Source: Lama glama (Eukaryota). From it: a stretch of 64,000 nucleotides of DNA. Within the stretch, counting starts at the first letter, position 1. Every line of letters starts with the position of its first letter. Below the pieces are notes generated by a model. It was not told the origin of the DNA, did no database searches, and saw only the letters and a program-made list of their open reading frames with translations. Position numbers and translations under genes: made by a program. Location of the stretch: positions 80,478,001 to 80,542,000 of the forward strand of contig CM052817.1 in the NCBI GenBank assembly GCA_028534125.1. The letters run 5' to 3'. Of this stretch, positions 48,742 to 60,090 are shown piece after piece.

Positions 48742-49255
48742 CGTTATCAAGTCCGAGCTCCTACTGCCCACTGTACAACAGGCCAAGAAATCCACAGACG
48801 AGGTGTTGGGGCAAGGAATGGCGGTCTGATTCGGAAAGCCAGCAGGAGAGGGTGGACTAGTGTCCCAAAGAACCATTTTACCGGGTTAGAATTCAGGCTT
48901 CTTTTATACTAAAAGGGAGAGGAGGGCTGTGACTGGTTGTTGCAAATTTCTTGGTACAGTAATCTTTTGTTCCCATAGCTGTCCTATAGGTCTGGTCACA
49001 TGCTCCTATAAACCTCCAACAAGACAATTGTTCTCTCTCCTGTTCTGCAGTTTTTTTTTATCTGTATATGAACTGAAAAGTGTTACACCTTTAAGGTCAG
49101 AGCCTTGAAAACGGGCTATCCTGCATATTGCAGGCTGTAGGCAACATTGTTTCACAAAGCTGCAGAGGCAGCATGACTAAGCACAGGCCACAGAGCACGA
49201 CCCTTGGCGCTAAAGGAAGAGACCCAACATGGAGTCAGGTTTGTTTTCTGTTACA
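48742..49255 (-). mobile_element. ERV1-class solo LTR (cetartiodactyl MER41/LTR39-like group)
   Basis: (T>C)GTTA...TTACA termini; 4-bp TSD CTAA (48738-48741 / 49256-49259); minus-strand TATA (AGTATAAAAG at 48901-48910); decayed poly-A signal near 48825. Confidence 0.88.
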
Positions 49256-49819
49256 CTAAGTCTGAAATAGCAGCCAGATATGTACCCAGTAGAAGGTTTT
49301 CTTGTATTTTAAAGTGACCTTTAAGTACTGTTTAGCTTCATTTTAAAATTATTGTTAGTAATTCAGTTTGCTTAAAGAATTGAATTAACCTTTTATTTCT
49401 GTAAAGAAAAAACCTACCTTTACTTCCCCTTTTAAGTACTGTTTTAACAGCACGCGTTAACTTCAGACCTTAGGGAAAGTACAAAATAAACAGCAAGCTG
49501 ATAGTATTATCTAGTCAAAGTAAAACGCGGCACAGGGAAATGGGGAGAGAAGGCGGGCAGTCACCAAATACCAAATGGAATTTGTTTTTACTTCAGCATT
49601 AGGGAGCATCGGTGAGAACTACTTCTTCTAAGCTAAAAATGTCTAGCACCTGAAAAAAAAATCAAGACGGGTTCTCTCTGGATACAAGAGGACAGGATTT
49701 AAGTGAGTACACACTTAAGGTTAAGTGAGTAAATACTTAGGGCGGAAAAAATGTAACCACCACTGTGGTACTTTGGAACTTTTTTGTTTGTTTGTTTTTA
49801 AACTCAGCAGCAGAGCAGG

Positions 49820-50600
49820 GAATTTTTCGGGTTCCTCGGCCAGTCGGCGGGCGAACCTGCGTTTAAGGCGAGGGACACCCTGTTGGGTCCGGGAGGGAGA
49901 CGACGATGCGGACCAGGTGATGACGATCTGCAGAAATTAAGGCGCTGACAGGGCTCGCGAGGCCGGGGCGCTCGGGCGGCCGGGCGGCTCCCCGCGCCCG
50001 CAGAGGCCCCCGGGCGGTGGGGACGGCGGGCGCGTCAATGGGCCCATTCAGGCCGGCGCGGCGCGGGGGTTGAGAAGTTAAGGGGCGGGAGGTGGCGCGT
50101 CGAGGCCGCGGCCGCGCCATTTGCATTTCAATGAAACCCGTCTGTTGACTCAGTGCCCGGCGCTTCCGCAGCTCCCACCAGAATCTGCCTTTGTTGGTTT
50201 TAGCTCCGGTCAAGTCCACTTCTTGCAACGGGGGAGCCGCGCGCATTGAGTTTGTGTAGTCAGGCAGAACACTCGACAGGAAGGAAGGAGGAAGGGGTGC
50301 TCCGCGCGGCCATTGTCTGGGCAACGGGGCTTAAGCAGCCGAGTGACTATTTAATCTATAAGGTGCACTTGAATCCCTTGCAAATCCTCTCAGTGTGGAG
50401 CAGGGGGCACCCAGACGGGGACAGATGGTGCAGAACCCCTTTGTTTAAAAAATATGGAAATGCGCTTTTTAATTTACTTAAGGTAGTCTCGCTCTTTTAA
50501 CTGTTGCTATTTCCGCGTGTTTCATTGTCCAGGAGGGACCAGAGATGCTAATGGGTCTGGTCGGTCTTGCCAAAGCGCCCCGGCTCGCTCGCTCTCTTTT
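49820..50600. promoter_or_regulatory. CpG island with promoter/enhancer motifs
   Basis: Very high GC/CpG at 49950-50170; GC box GGGGCGGG; octamer ATTTGCAT 50119-50126; AP-1 TGACTCA 50146-50152; SOX-type CATTGT/CTTTGT; donor-like GTGAGT 50619 and GTAAGC 50638. Confidence 0.8.
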
Positions 50601-52929
50601 TTGATGTAATAGCTGGAAGTGAGTCTGCTAAGTTTTGGTAAGCCATCGTTACACTAAGGAGCCCTCCTACCTTTGTGGTGTCTTTTGAGCTTAGGCAGAG
50701 AGAGGCAGAGAGCAGCAGAGGGAAATTTGTTTAAAAGTCTTGCAAGATCTCTTTTTCAGAGGACTCCTTCTCTCTTTTCTTTTTTCCCATTGAACATCAA
50801 ATTCAGAGGTGTCAGGTTGCTTCGAGCGTAACTAGGGGGAAAGGAAGAATGTCCTGTTCTCAGTGTCCTCTGCTACTTTGCACTGACCCCTTGGGCCATG
50901 ACGCACAGTGAAGGGTGACCCACTTGGGTTCCCATAGCCGGAAGGATGCTGTGGCTCGGGCCGCACAAGTGTTTCTGCTTCCACAGCTGTAATTTAGAGT
51001 ATGTTCAACATCAGGCTGTGGCAATGTACGCATATGCACTATCTTAGAAAAGTGGAAGATTCTGCCCACAGAGCCCTTGGGTACGCTGACAGGTCACAAG
51101 ATGGATTTTCTGATTATCCTGCCAACACCGAGGACTCCATTTTCAGCGAGCCTCGGGGCGCACGCAGCAACACACCCCAAGCCAGTCTGAAAGGAGGTCG
51201 ACCAACTGTCCACACACGACCTATTTTTCCTGCCCCAGCTTTTGTTTGAAACATGGCAGTCATGATCCTGCTAGACTCTTCAAGCCATGGCAATACAAAT
51301 CAATTAAAGAAAAAAATGTGAATGGATAACTGGTCAAAATCAGAAAATTTTCCGTTTCAGCACAGATTACCCAGGAAGCAGATTAGTGTCTTGTGGTTTT
51401 GGAGGTAGGCTGAAGCTGACACATTGGAAAATAGGTAGTTGAAATATCTTAATCTTGAGATGTTTAAATCTTGGGCATGTTAATACATTTATATGAAGAG
51501 ACAGATGTCTGTTTGGTCTCTAATTCTAGCACAAACATTTGACTACGTGAAATGCTCACAATCCATTTCTATTTTTCTTAAAAGGCTCTGTCTCTTACTT
51601 GCCACGTGGCCCTCAATTTGTTCTGACATGCTTTCTCTAAGAACACAGACAATGCAGATATAACACCTGGATCTGTGAGTTAATTGCTACCTCGGCCGCC
51701 ACCAAGAGACTTTCTAAGTGGCCAAGCACAAGGATCTTCTGTTTCTTATCCAAGTGCCTTATTTCATCAAAGCCCCAAGTCCATGAATTGACCCTTAACT
51801 ATGAATTCCTGCTTCACTTCTATTTCACTTGGCCATTTTAGAGCAAGAAAGAGCCAGAATTAGGTGTCAGCCAGCAGGTGTGGCTTATAATTCATATTTT
51901 TTGAAGAAAAATCTGTCTAAGCTGGTTTTAAGTTATCTTGTTAGACATTAAAACTGTGGGGGTGGGAGGGTCAGTGTTTTTACATGCTTAAGCGTTGTTC
52001 ATTAAACAGATTTGTTGAGAAGTTCAAAAGGTAAAAGAGAGCTTTGTTTGGAGTTTTAAAATTTTACAGGTTTCCCTTCCAAATGGTGAAAAGTGGAATA
52101 CAATATTATTATTATTATTTTTATTCCACAGGCAGGTGTGAGCTTGAGCATATTAAGTTTCTTGGCTTTCTTTTGATTTTATATAACGAGCCTTTTGTTG
52201 GACTTGATTATTACAGTGATGGTCTCCCTCTCTGATTCTGATTAAACCATGAAACCCCACATACTCACTGATATTTGTCATTTCGTTTTGGTTGGTAAGT
52301 GAGTTTTGGTGATGAAACTGTGAAGCCACAAATTCCCTGGAGCACTGGAATGCAGTTAAAAGGAAACTACCCCAACCAGCAAAGAGTTTGGTTCAATTTG
52401 AACCTGCGGCTTCTCGCTCACTCACAGTTAATAAATGCTACCCATTCATCTAGCCCGGGGAATGAGACTGGCGGCACCCACATTCGACTGGCTGAAGAAT
52501 TCTCAGGATGCTCCTAAAACCAAGCTGAGTTGTATGGGGTCAACCTGGGCTTCTGCTGAGGATCAGAGAATGAGTATTCTCATAGGTAAGGGCCACCCGA
52601 GCAACTGACCCTATTTATGGTAGAGGTACTGGCCAGCTGGGACATGAACTCACAGGCTTTAGTTATGAATCAGTTTTTAAAAGACTATCACAACTGGGTT
52701 GAAGGTGTTCAAACTGAACTATTATTTTTAGTTTCTGCATTGCTTGGGTTTGTCCAGAATGAAAGTACTTCTGGTGACGTTCCATACCAGAAAGAGGACT
52801 GTTTAGAGGTGTGAACCATTCAGGTGTGGACTCAGGTTAGGAAAGTTCTCCAGGTCATAAGCTGTTTTTCCTAAAGGCAGGACACGTTCCCAGGTGCCAG
52901 CGGTGTAAGATTTGTGTTCTGTCTTACCC

Positions 52930-54600
52930 CATCTCTGCAGTGGTTGACAGTATTGATTGCTTCTTCTTTGAAAAACTCCTCCCTTGGCTTTGGTGACAGA
53001 ACTCTCTCCTGGCTTTTCTCTTACCTCTCTGGCCTCTCCTTCTCACTCTTCCTTGTAGGCTTTTTGCCCCTTTGCTCATCTGTTAACTGTGTTCTCTTGG
53101 GGGTTCTGTCTTTGGTTCTCACCTCTTCTGTACATTGTCCTTGGTGAGATTTCTGGGAGACCTTTTTCATCAACACACTGTGTCTTCCTGCCTCAGGGCC
53201 TTTGCTCATATGGTTTTCTCTGCTTACAGTGTTCTTTCCCCAGAGATGGGGATACCTGACTTATTTCTTTATTTAGTTCTCTACTCAAATTGTCAACTTT
53301 CAAATGAAGCTTCCCTGGTTATCCATAGAAAATAGCAGGTACCCAGTCAGGGTCGGGACTAGGGTAAGGCAAGCGAGGCGCCCAGGGCACACAGTTTAAG
53401 GAGGTAAGTTCAGATCAGCATCTGAGACTGTGTGCCTCCTTATAGTTGGTACTCTGGGCATCTTGCTTACCTCATCTATCCTGACCCTGTACCTGTACTC
53501 AGTCACTCTCTAGTCTCTTAATTTAGTTTATCTTACTTTACAGATGTTTTATAACTAACATATATTTAGTTGATAATTGTAGGTCTCTCCACCCTTGTCT
53601 CACCCATGCCATTAGAATGTGGGCCATGTTGGAGCAGGGCCTTTGTCTGCTTGGGTTTTTGCTGTCCCCCCAGAGCCTAGAACAGAGTCCAGAATGTAGT
53701 AGGTATTCATCATAGATTTATATTTAAATGAATATAATACATAAATGACTATCGCTCATATTATTGATGACTCTCAAATGCACAGAAACAAGGATTGTAA
53801 ATGGACCTCCCCTCTTGGATGTCCCGCAGCTATTCAAACTCAGTGTGTCCAGAACTGCATTTATCACCTTTCACTCCCAAACCCACCTCCCACCTAAATT
53901 TTCTTTTTCTGACAAATAGTGCCTCTGTTTTAGCTCAACCTAAAATGCTAGAGATGTGGTAACTCGAGCCTATCAAGTTTCCTCCCTAAGTAACTCCTGG
54001 CTTCCTCATCTCCTTCTCTGCTGCCCTGCTGTGATGTAGGCTCCCCTCCCTTCCTCCTAGAAAAACTGCCGGTGCCCTTCCAACTGATCTCATGGCAAAT
54101 ACTTGTTCTTCTCTGCGGAAACCCTCTGGCACACTGCTGGGAAGTGAGCTCTCTACACCACATATCGGATCACGCCACTTCCTTATCTTAAAATCCTTCC
54201 CTGTACCCCCATAGGTTTCAAGATACAGTTCTGATTCATAGACTGGAAGCTCCCTTTGCGGTCTGTCTGCTGACTCTCGCCCCAGAGTCTCCTGCCGCGC
54301 CCCCTCCTCTCCTCCTGCTCCTGCCACTACTCTTCCTCGCCCACTCAGTGCACACCCTTGGTGCTCCAGTCACAGAGGACTTGGAATTTGGGAATAATCT
54401 AGCCTCCTCAATGCTGCTCTACCATTGCCTAGCTAAGCTCTACCTATCCATCAGCGGAATGGGCAATTTGAACATCCCTCTATCTGTCAAATTGTTTTAT
54501 AATTTTCTGTTTACTTAACCCTTCTCCCCATCAGACTGAGAGCACCTTAAAGACAGGGACTGGGTCTTTCATTTCTGCACATTCAGCATAGAGTTGGCCC
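52930..54600 (+). mobile_element. Cluster of L2 fragments
   Basis: 'aaaactcctcccttggctttggtgacagaactctctcctggcttttctc', 'cctgcctcagggcctttgctcatatgg', 'ttagaatgtgggcc...gagcagggcc', 'atgactctcaaat...ttcaaactcagtgtgtccagaact', 'cagactgagagcaccttaaagacagggac'. Confidence 0.85.
53348..53489. mobile_element. MER96-like palindromic hAT MITE inside L2
   Basis: Termini CAGGGTCGGGACTAGGGTAAGGCAAG ... CTTGCTTACCTCATCTATCCTGACCCTG; internal inverted pair TAAGGAGG / CCTCCTTA. Confidence 0.8.
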
Positions 54601-54616
54601 TTGGTGTCATTTATTA

Positions 54617-54770
54617 TTTTTTTTTTGTTTTTTAATTTTTTATTTTTTTGGGGGGGTGATTAGGTTTATTTATTTACTCATTTATTTTAATGGAGGCACT
54701 GGGCATTGAGCCCAGGACCTTGTTCATCCTATGCCTGTGCTCTACCGAAGGGCTATACCTTACCCTCTTT
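54617..54770 (-). mobile_element. Vic-1-type SINE (more diverged) with TSD
   Basis: 'tttaatggaggcactgggcattgagcccaggaccttg...gctctaccgaagggctatacc'; TSD tgtcatttatta 54605-54616 / tgtcatttgtta 54774-54785, inside an L2 tail. Confidence 0.88.
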
Positions 54771-56789
54771 CCATGTCATTTGTTAAATGAATGTATAAAT
54801 TCATCGAAAGATTATCTTGTCATGTGGGATGAGGTTTGGATCTAAATGACTTTTTCCTTACTTGGTATCTATTTATTCCAACATTAAAAAGAAAATCCTT
54901 CCTTACTCCCTTGTGTGAGGAGCTTACTCTGTCAAATAGTACATTCTTTCAAGTAGTTGGATGTGGTTTCGGCTTTCCGTTGCGTGCTCTGGATTTACGT
55001 ATCCGTTCCAGCATCAGTAACACACCAGTTTAGACTTCCTCAGACACTTTTTTTTCACCAGAATATTGTCGGGGTTTTGTCTATGTTTAGTTTTCTAAGT
55101 ACATTTTGGGATCCAGTGTCTTACCGATTTTTAATGCAAAAATCCAGTTAGAGTTATAATTGGAGTAGTTATCTGAAAATTCATTTTGAGGAAACAGAAC
55201 TCTTCCTCATTTTCTTCCCATTATGAAGTTGGTTAGTTGCTAGTTTAAGAGTAATCAGATAACATAAAAACCGCATCAAAAACTGGCCTCAAGTGACAGC
55301 CACATTTTAAAGTTAATCATTCTACTTCCTCATGACAGTCTTCATAGACTCAGGTTTCTCATGTCATTATATGCGCCTCTCTTCCCATGAATAGATGACC
55401 CAGCCAGCAAGCCAACATACTTGTCCTTTAAACCTCTTTAGGGAGATAGGCCATGTCTTCCATGTACTGTTTGAATGTCAGATGGAATAATATGGGTGGA
55501 AAGTTCTTTCCCTTGTCCAATCCTAGTACTTGAAAACAAATTCAGCCTATTTTCTTGGTGGAGATGTAAAAACAGCTGGCCACCATCCTGTTTCCACAAA
55601 CTCCTTATACCCTCATCTGGCAAGAGGGAAATACATCTTTAGCTCAGTTGGTCTGAAAATTTATTTTGTGGGACCTTCTAAACATCCATAAATTTTACAC
55701 AAACCATTCGAGCGTTTTACGTGCTTAATCTTGTATTGTTTATCTAGCGCAAGATGCTGCGCGCTGCCCGAAACCCCGTTATAAAGGGAGGGCCGTAACC
55801 TTGGAGGAGTCCGGGCTTAGTGTTCACCGTACGGTCAGCCTTTCTCATCCTCTCGTTTGTATTACGGGATTAAAATGAAAATCATAGACATTTTGGTTTT
55901 TGACTTGCTTATTTTAAGTCTCTGGTGTCTTTTTTTCTTTTTCTTTTTTTCTTGCTGGGAATAGACGCTAAACTTTCTAATTTAAGCAAAGGAGTTTATG
56001 AGCCCCTGGGGCAAAGATTTCATTCCATAGCCCTGAAGTTGGAAGCGGGGAGATGATTTGGTTCATTGATTTCTCTTCTGAGTCTTTTTCTTTCCAGTTC
56101 TCTAGCTCCTGATCCCTATCTGCCAGGGGAGTAGTTAATAATTTTTACTCATATCCTCTGGCCTTCAATTAATAAGTACTCAGGTGATCTGATGTAAAGT
56201 GTGCTTTAAGTTTGTTCAAGCCACTTACATGAGCCCCCAGCTACAGTGTATTTCAGGCGAAGGTACTGATAGCGTACAAGGATGATGAACGTTGGTTGAC
56301 ATTATCATGAAGTCATTTAATTTTTAAACTGGTTAGTTTTACAAAAATAGATGTAGTTTTTAAAAAGTAACCATAGCCACGGAAGTCCAGTCACTCCCAC
56401 TTCAACTTCCATGCAGTATAATTTTTAAACTGCCTGAGACAGCTGTTTTAAACCGCCGTCAATCAACAAAAACAAAAAACAAACAAACAAAAAAACCATC
56501 CCAACTCCCCCAAATTGGATCACTGTTTACCTGCTTTTCCTTCATTTTTCTTATAGGAGAAACAGGAACAGAGTAGGTCAGTTTTTAAACATAAAACCAC
56601 TTTGTAAAGCAGTGAGTACATTCAGGGTGCACGCCCTGGGCTGCATCTGTCTGGTCCAGCACACGTGCAGCGTTTGTAGGAGACAGAACATAATGTGTTG
56701 TTATATAGTAATGACTTGGAGCTCTTTATACTTATTTCAGGGATGCTGCTATTACTGAAGATTTTTTTTTTAACTTCCTTTAGGAAATG

Positions 56790-57090
56790 CTTTTAAACTT
56801 TCAAACCCAAAGTATTTCCTAAATCTGTCCATTTCTTGTCATCCCTACAGCCCATGTCCTAATTTAGATGCTTACCATCTCTTAATCTTGACTATGGAAA
56901 AATCCTCTTACTAGTTTTATGCCCAGTTTTTTATACTCCTACAATTAATCCTTTGTACTGTTGCTAAAATTATCTTTTTTCTCTGACCACATGCCTTAGC
57001 ATGACATTCAAGGCTCTCCCTAGTCTGGTCTTGTTCTACTTTTCTAGCCTTTTTTCCTCTCTTTCCCCTCCACACATTCTATTTCCAGGC
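56790..57090 (+). mobile_element. L2 fragment
   Basis: 'aaatctgtccatttcttgtcatccctacagcc...ccatctcttaatcttgactatg...gacattcaaggctctccc'. Confidence 0.7.
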
Positions 57091-57096
57091 AGTTAG

Positions 57097-57237
57097 TAAA
57101 GTTAGACTGACCCTGTGCCCCATTTGCCAAGAGTGGTCTAGGTTTAAACCTGCTGTCCTGGGGTCCTGTCTAGTTTATCATGTTTAGCACCTTCAAAGGT
57201 GTCCTGGTTTGGATGATAAATTATATGGTCACTCCTT
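57097..57237. mobile_element. MER94-like hAT-Blackjack MITE
   Basis: 'aaaggtgtcctggtttggatgataaattatatggtcac' terminus. Confidence 0.75.
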
Positions 57238-57239
57238 TA

Positions 57240-58575
57240 TATTTTTAAACACTTTTATTGAGACATAATTATGTACCATTATGTTTACCTGCTTAAAGTG
57301 TACAATTCAGTGGTTTTAACATATATACAGAGTTGTAAAACCATAATCTTGATACAATTTTAGAACATTTTCATCACCCCCAAAAGAAACTTTGTACTGG
57401 TTAGTAGTGCTTTATCTTCCCCGCATTCTCCATTCCCACCTCCCAGACTTAGGCAACCATGAATTTACTTAAAAAGAAATTTTTTTTAATGTTTTAGTTT
57501 ATTTTTATTTATTTATATTTCTATGCTTTTTCTCTCTACAGATTTGCCTATTCTGAATATTTAAAATAAATGGTATTATACAATACATATATGTGTGACT
57601 TTCTTTGCTTAGCATGTTTTTGATATAGTATGTATCATGTGTCAGTATTTCATTCCTTTCTCTGACGGAATAATGTTCCGTCATATGGCTATACCACATT
57701 TTATTTATCCATTTATCAGTTGAAGGACACTGGGATTGTTTCCACTTTTTTTGCTACTGTGAATATAATGCTGCTAGAACATTAGTGTACAAGTCTTTGT
57801 GTGGATATATGTTTTAATTTCTCTTGAGTATATAGCTAGGATTGGAGTTGCTTGGCCATATGCTAACTCTATGTGTAACATTTTGAAGAATTGTCAAACT
57901 GTTTTCCAAAACAGCTGCTCCAATTTACTATCCCACCAGTAAGATATGAGGGTTCCAATTTCTCCACATCTTCATCAACACTTGTTACGGTCCGTCTTTT
58001 TGATTATAGCCATCTTGTATGTGAAGTAATATCTCATTGTGGTTTTGATCTGCATTTTACTAATAAGTAATGATGTTGAGCATCTTTTCACATGCTTATT
58101 AGACATTCACTAATTTTCTTTAGAGAAATGTCTATTCAAATCTTTCGCCTATTTTAAAATGAGGTCATTTGTCTTTCAATTATTGAATTGTAAGAGTTCT
58201 TTATATAGTGTGAGTCCCTTATCAGACATGATTTGCAAATATTTTCTTTCACTCTGTGGGTTGCCTTTTCACTTTCTTGATGCTGTCTTTTGAAGTACAA
58301 ATGTTTTTCATTTTGGTTTAGTCTGACTTACCAGTCTTCTTTTTGATGACTTATGCTTTTGGTATCATATCTGAGAAATCATTGCCAAGCCCAAGGTCAC
58401 AAAGATTTACTGCTGAATTTTCTTCTAAGAGTTTTATAATTTTAGATCTTTCATTTAAGTCCATGATCCACTTTGAGTTAGTTTTTGTGTATGGTGTGAA
58501 GCTAGGGGTCCAAATTTGTATTTTGCTTGTAGATATCAAGTTGTCTCAGACCATTTGTGGAAAAGACCCTTATTC
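57240..58575 (-). mobile_element. L1MB-like ORF2 C-terminus + 3' UTR, antisense
   Basis: ORF 58351-58539 (TPYTKTNSKWIMDLN...IKLLEEN...DLGLGNDF...PKA) is L1 ORF2; 3' UTR motifs 'agaacattttcatcacccccaaaagaaac'. Confidence 0.93.
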
Positions 58576-58639
58576 CATTAAATTGTTTTCACTTGCTACC
58601 TCTATGCATTTTCAGTTTAATAATTTATATTGTTGCCTT

Positions 58640-58975
58640 GACCTAGAATTTTTTTTACCATCCTTCTCTTCCTGTTAACATCTAATTAATTCCTTCAAGA
58701 TTATATTCAGATCTACCATCTCAATGAACATTCCCTATCGACCCAAGCTGAATTACTCCTCTCTTCTTTCTGTTGCCATAAACAGCATTTATTTTGTCTT
58801 GAATATGGCGTGTATTTTATTGTGTTTAAATTAGCTGTATGTACTTCTGTCTCTCTTACTGGACTGTGTATTCGTTATGGGAGGGCTTTCTCACGTGTGG
58901 AAGTACAATGTGTGGGAGGTAGTTAGTAAATAATTGCTGGTTAAATAAACAAATGAACAAATAAATGAATGAATG
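58640..58975 (+). mobile_element. L2 3' end
   Basis: 'ctgtctctcttactggactgtg...tagtaaataattgctgg...aatgaatgaatg'. Confidence 0.75.
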
Positions 58976-59149
58976 TCTTAAATGATAATACATTTCTAGC
59001 CTATGGTAGTGGATTTTGTGTCTAAGAACAACGAAGAGTTCAGTGAATAAGAGTGGTCTGGTTGCATAATACTATTTTAAGCCAAAGGCAAACTCTGAAG
59101 TCCATTCCAAAGGAGGGGACCCACAATATTTGACCAACAGTAGCATTTA

Positions 59150-60090
59150 TTTAAAAAATTTTTTTATCGAGGTAAAACTCCTTTACAACATTATGTAAGT
59201 TTCCTGTGTACATTACACGTCTATCTCTAAATACCCTACAGCACACCGACCACTGAAAATTTAGTTTCCATCCACGTCCATTCAGTTGACCCCCTGTACC
59301 CATTTCTCCCTTCCCTGTGCTCCTTCCCCTCTGGTAACTGCTACTCTGTTTTCTGTATCTATGTGTTTGTTTTTGTTTGGTTTGTTCATTTACTTTGTTT
59401 GTTTTTTATATTCTATATAGGGGTGAAATCACACAATATTTGTCTTTCTTTGTCTTATTTCACATAGCATAACACCCTCAGAGTCTATCCATGTTGTCTC
59501 AAATGGCGAGATTTCATCTTTTTTTTTCATGGCTGAGTAGTATTACATTATATATATGTGTGTATTAATGTATATTATATATGTGTATATAGATATATAT
59601 AATACTATATATGTATATGTATGACACATTTTCTATATCCATTCATTCATTGATAGGCACTTAGGGTATTTCCCTCCCTTGGCAATTATAAATAATACCA
59701 CAGTGTATGTAGGGGTGTATGTATCTTTTCAGATGAGTGTTTTTGTATTCTTTGCATAAAAAATATCCAGAAGTGGCATAGCTGGATGATAGAGAAGTTC
59801 TAGTCTTAATTTTTTTTCAAGTTAATTAATTAATTTATTTTTAATTTAATTTAATTTTTTACATTTTTTATTGAGTTATAGTCATTTTACAGTGTTGTGT
59901 AAAATTCTAGTGTGGAGCACAATTTTTCAGTTATACATGAACATACATATATTTATTGTCACATTTTTTTTCGCTGTGAGCTACCACAAGATCTTGTATA
60001 TATTTCCCTGTGCTATACAGTATAATCTTGTTTAGTCTACATTTTTTGAGGAATCTCCATACTATTTTCCATAGTGGCTGCACCCAGTGA
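59150..60090 (-). mobile_element. L1 3' end, antisense, containing a nested younger camelid-type L1 3' fragment (~59810-60035)
   Basis: Host motifs 'ttcccctctggtaactgctactctg', 'ggctgagtagtatt', 'ccagaagtggcatagctggat' resume as 'ttttgaggaatctccatactattttccatagtggctgcacc'. The insert has 'tacatgaacatacatata...ttccctgtgctatacagta' and is flanked by imperfect 'tagtct..attttt' repeats. Confidence 0.88.

Noticed and set aside
49863..50324. 153-aa ORF in the CpG island
   Set aside because: Arg/Pro/Ala-rich artefact of high GC; no recognisable protein.
52758..52823. Internal exon (ccag|AATG...CAG|gtgtgg)
   Set aside because: Weak polypyrimidine tract and weak donor; not supportable without RNA data.
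58351..58539. Host gene CDS
   Set aside because: L1 ORF2 remnant.
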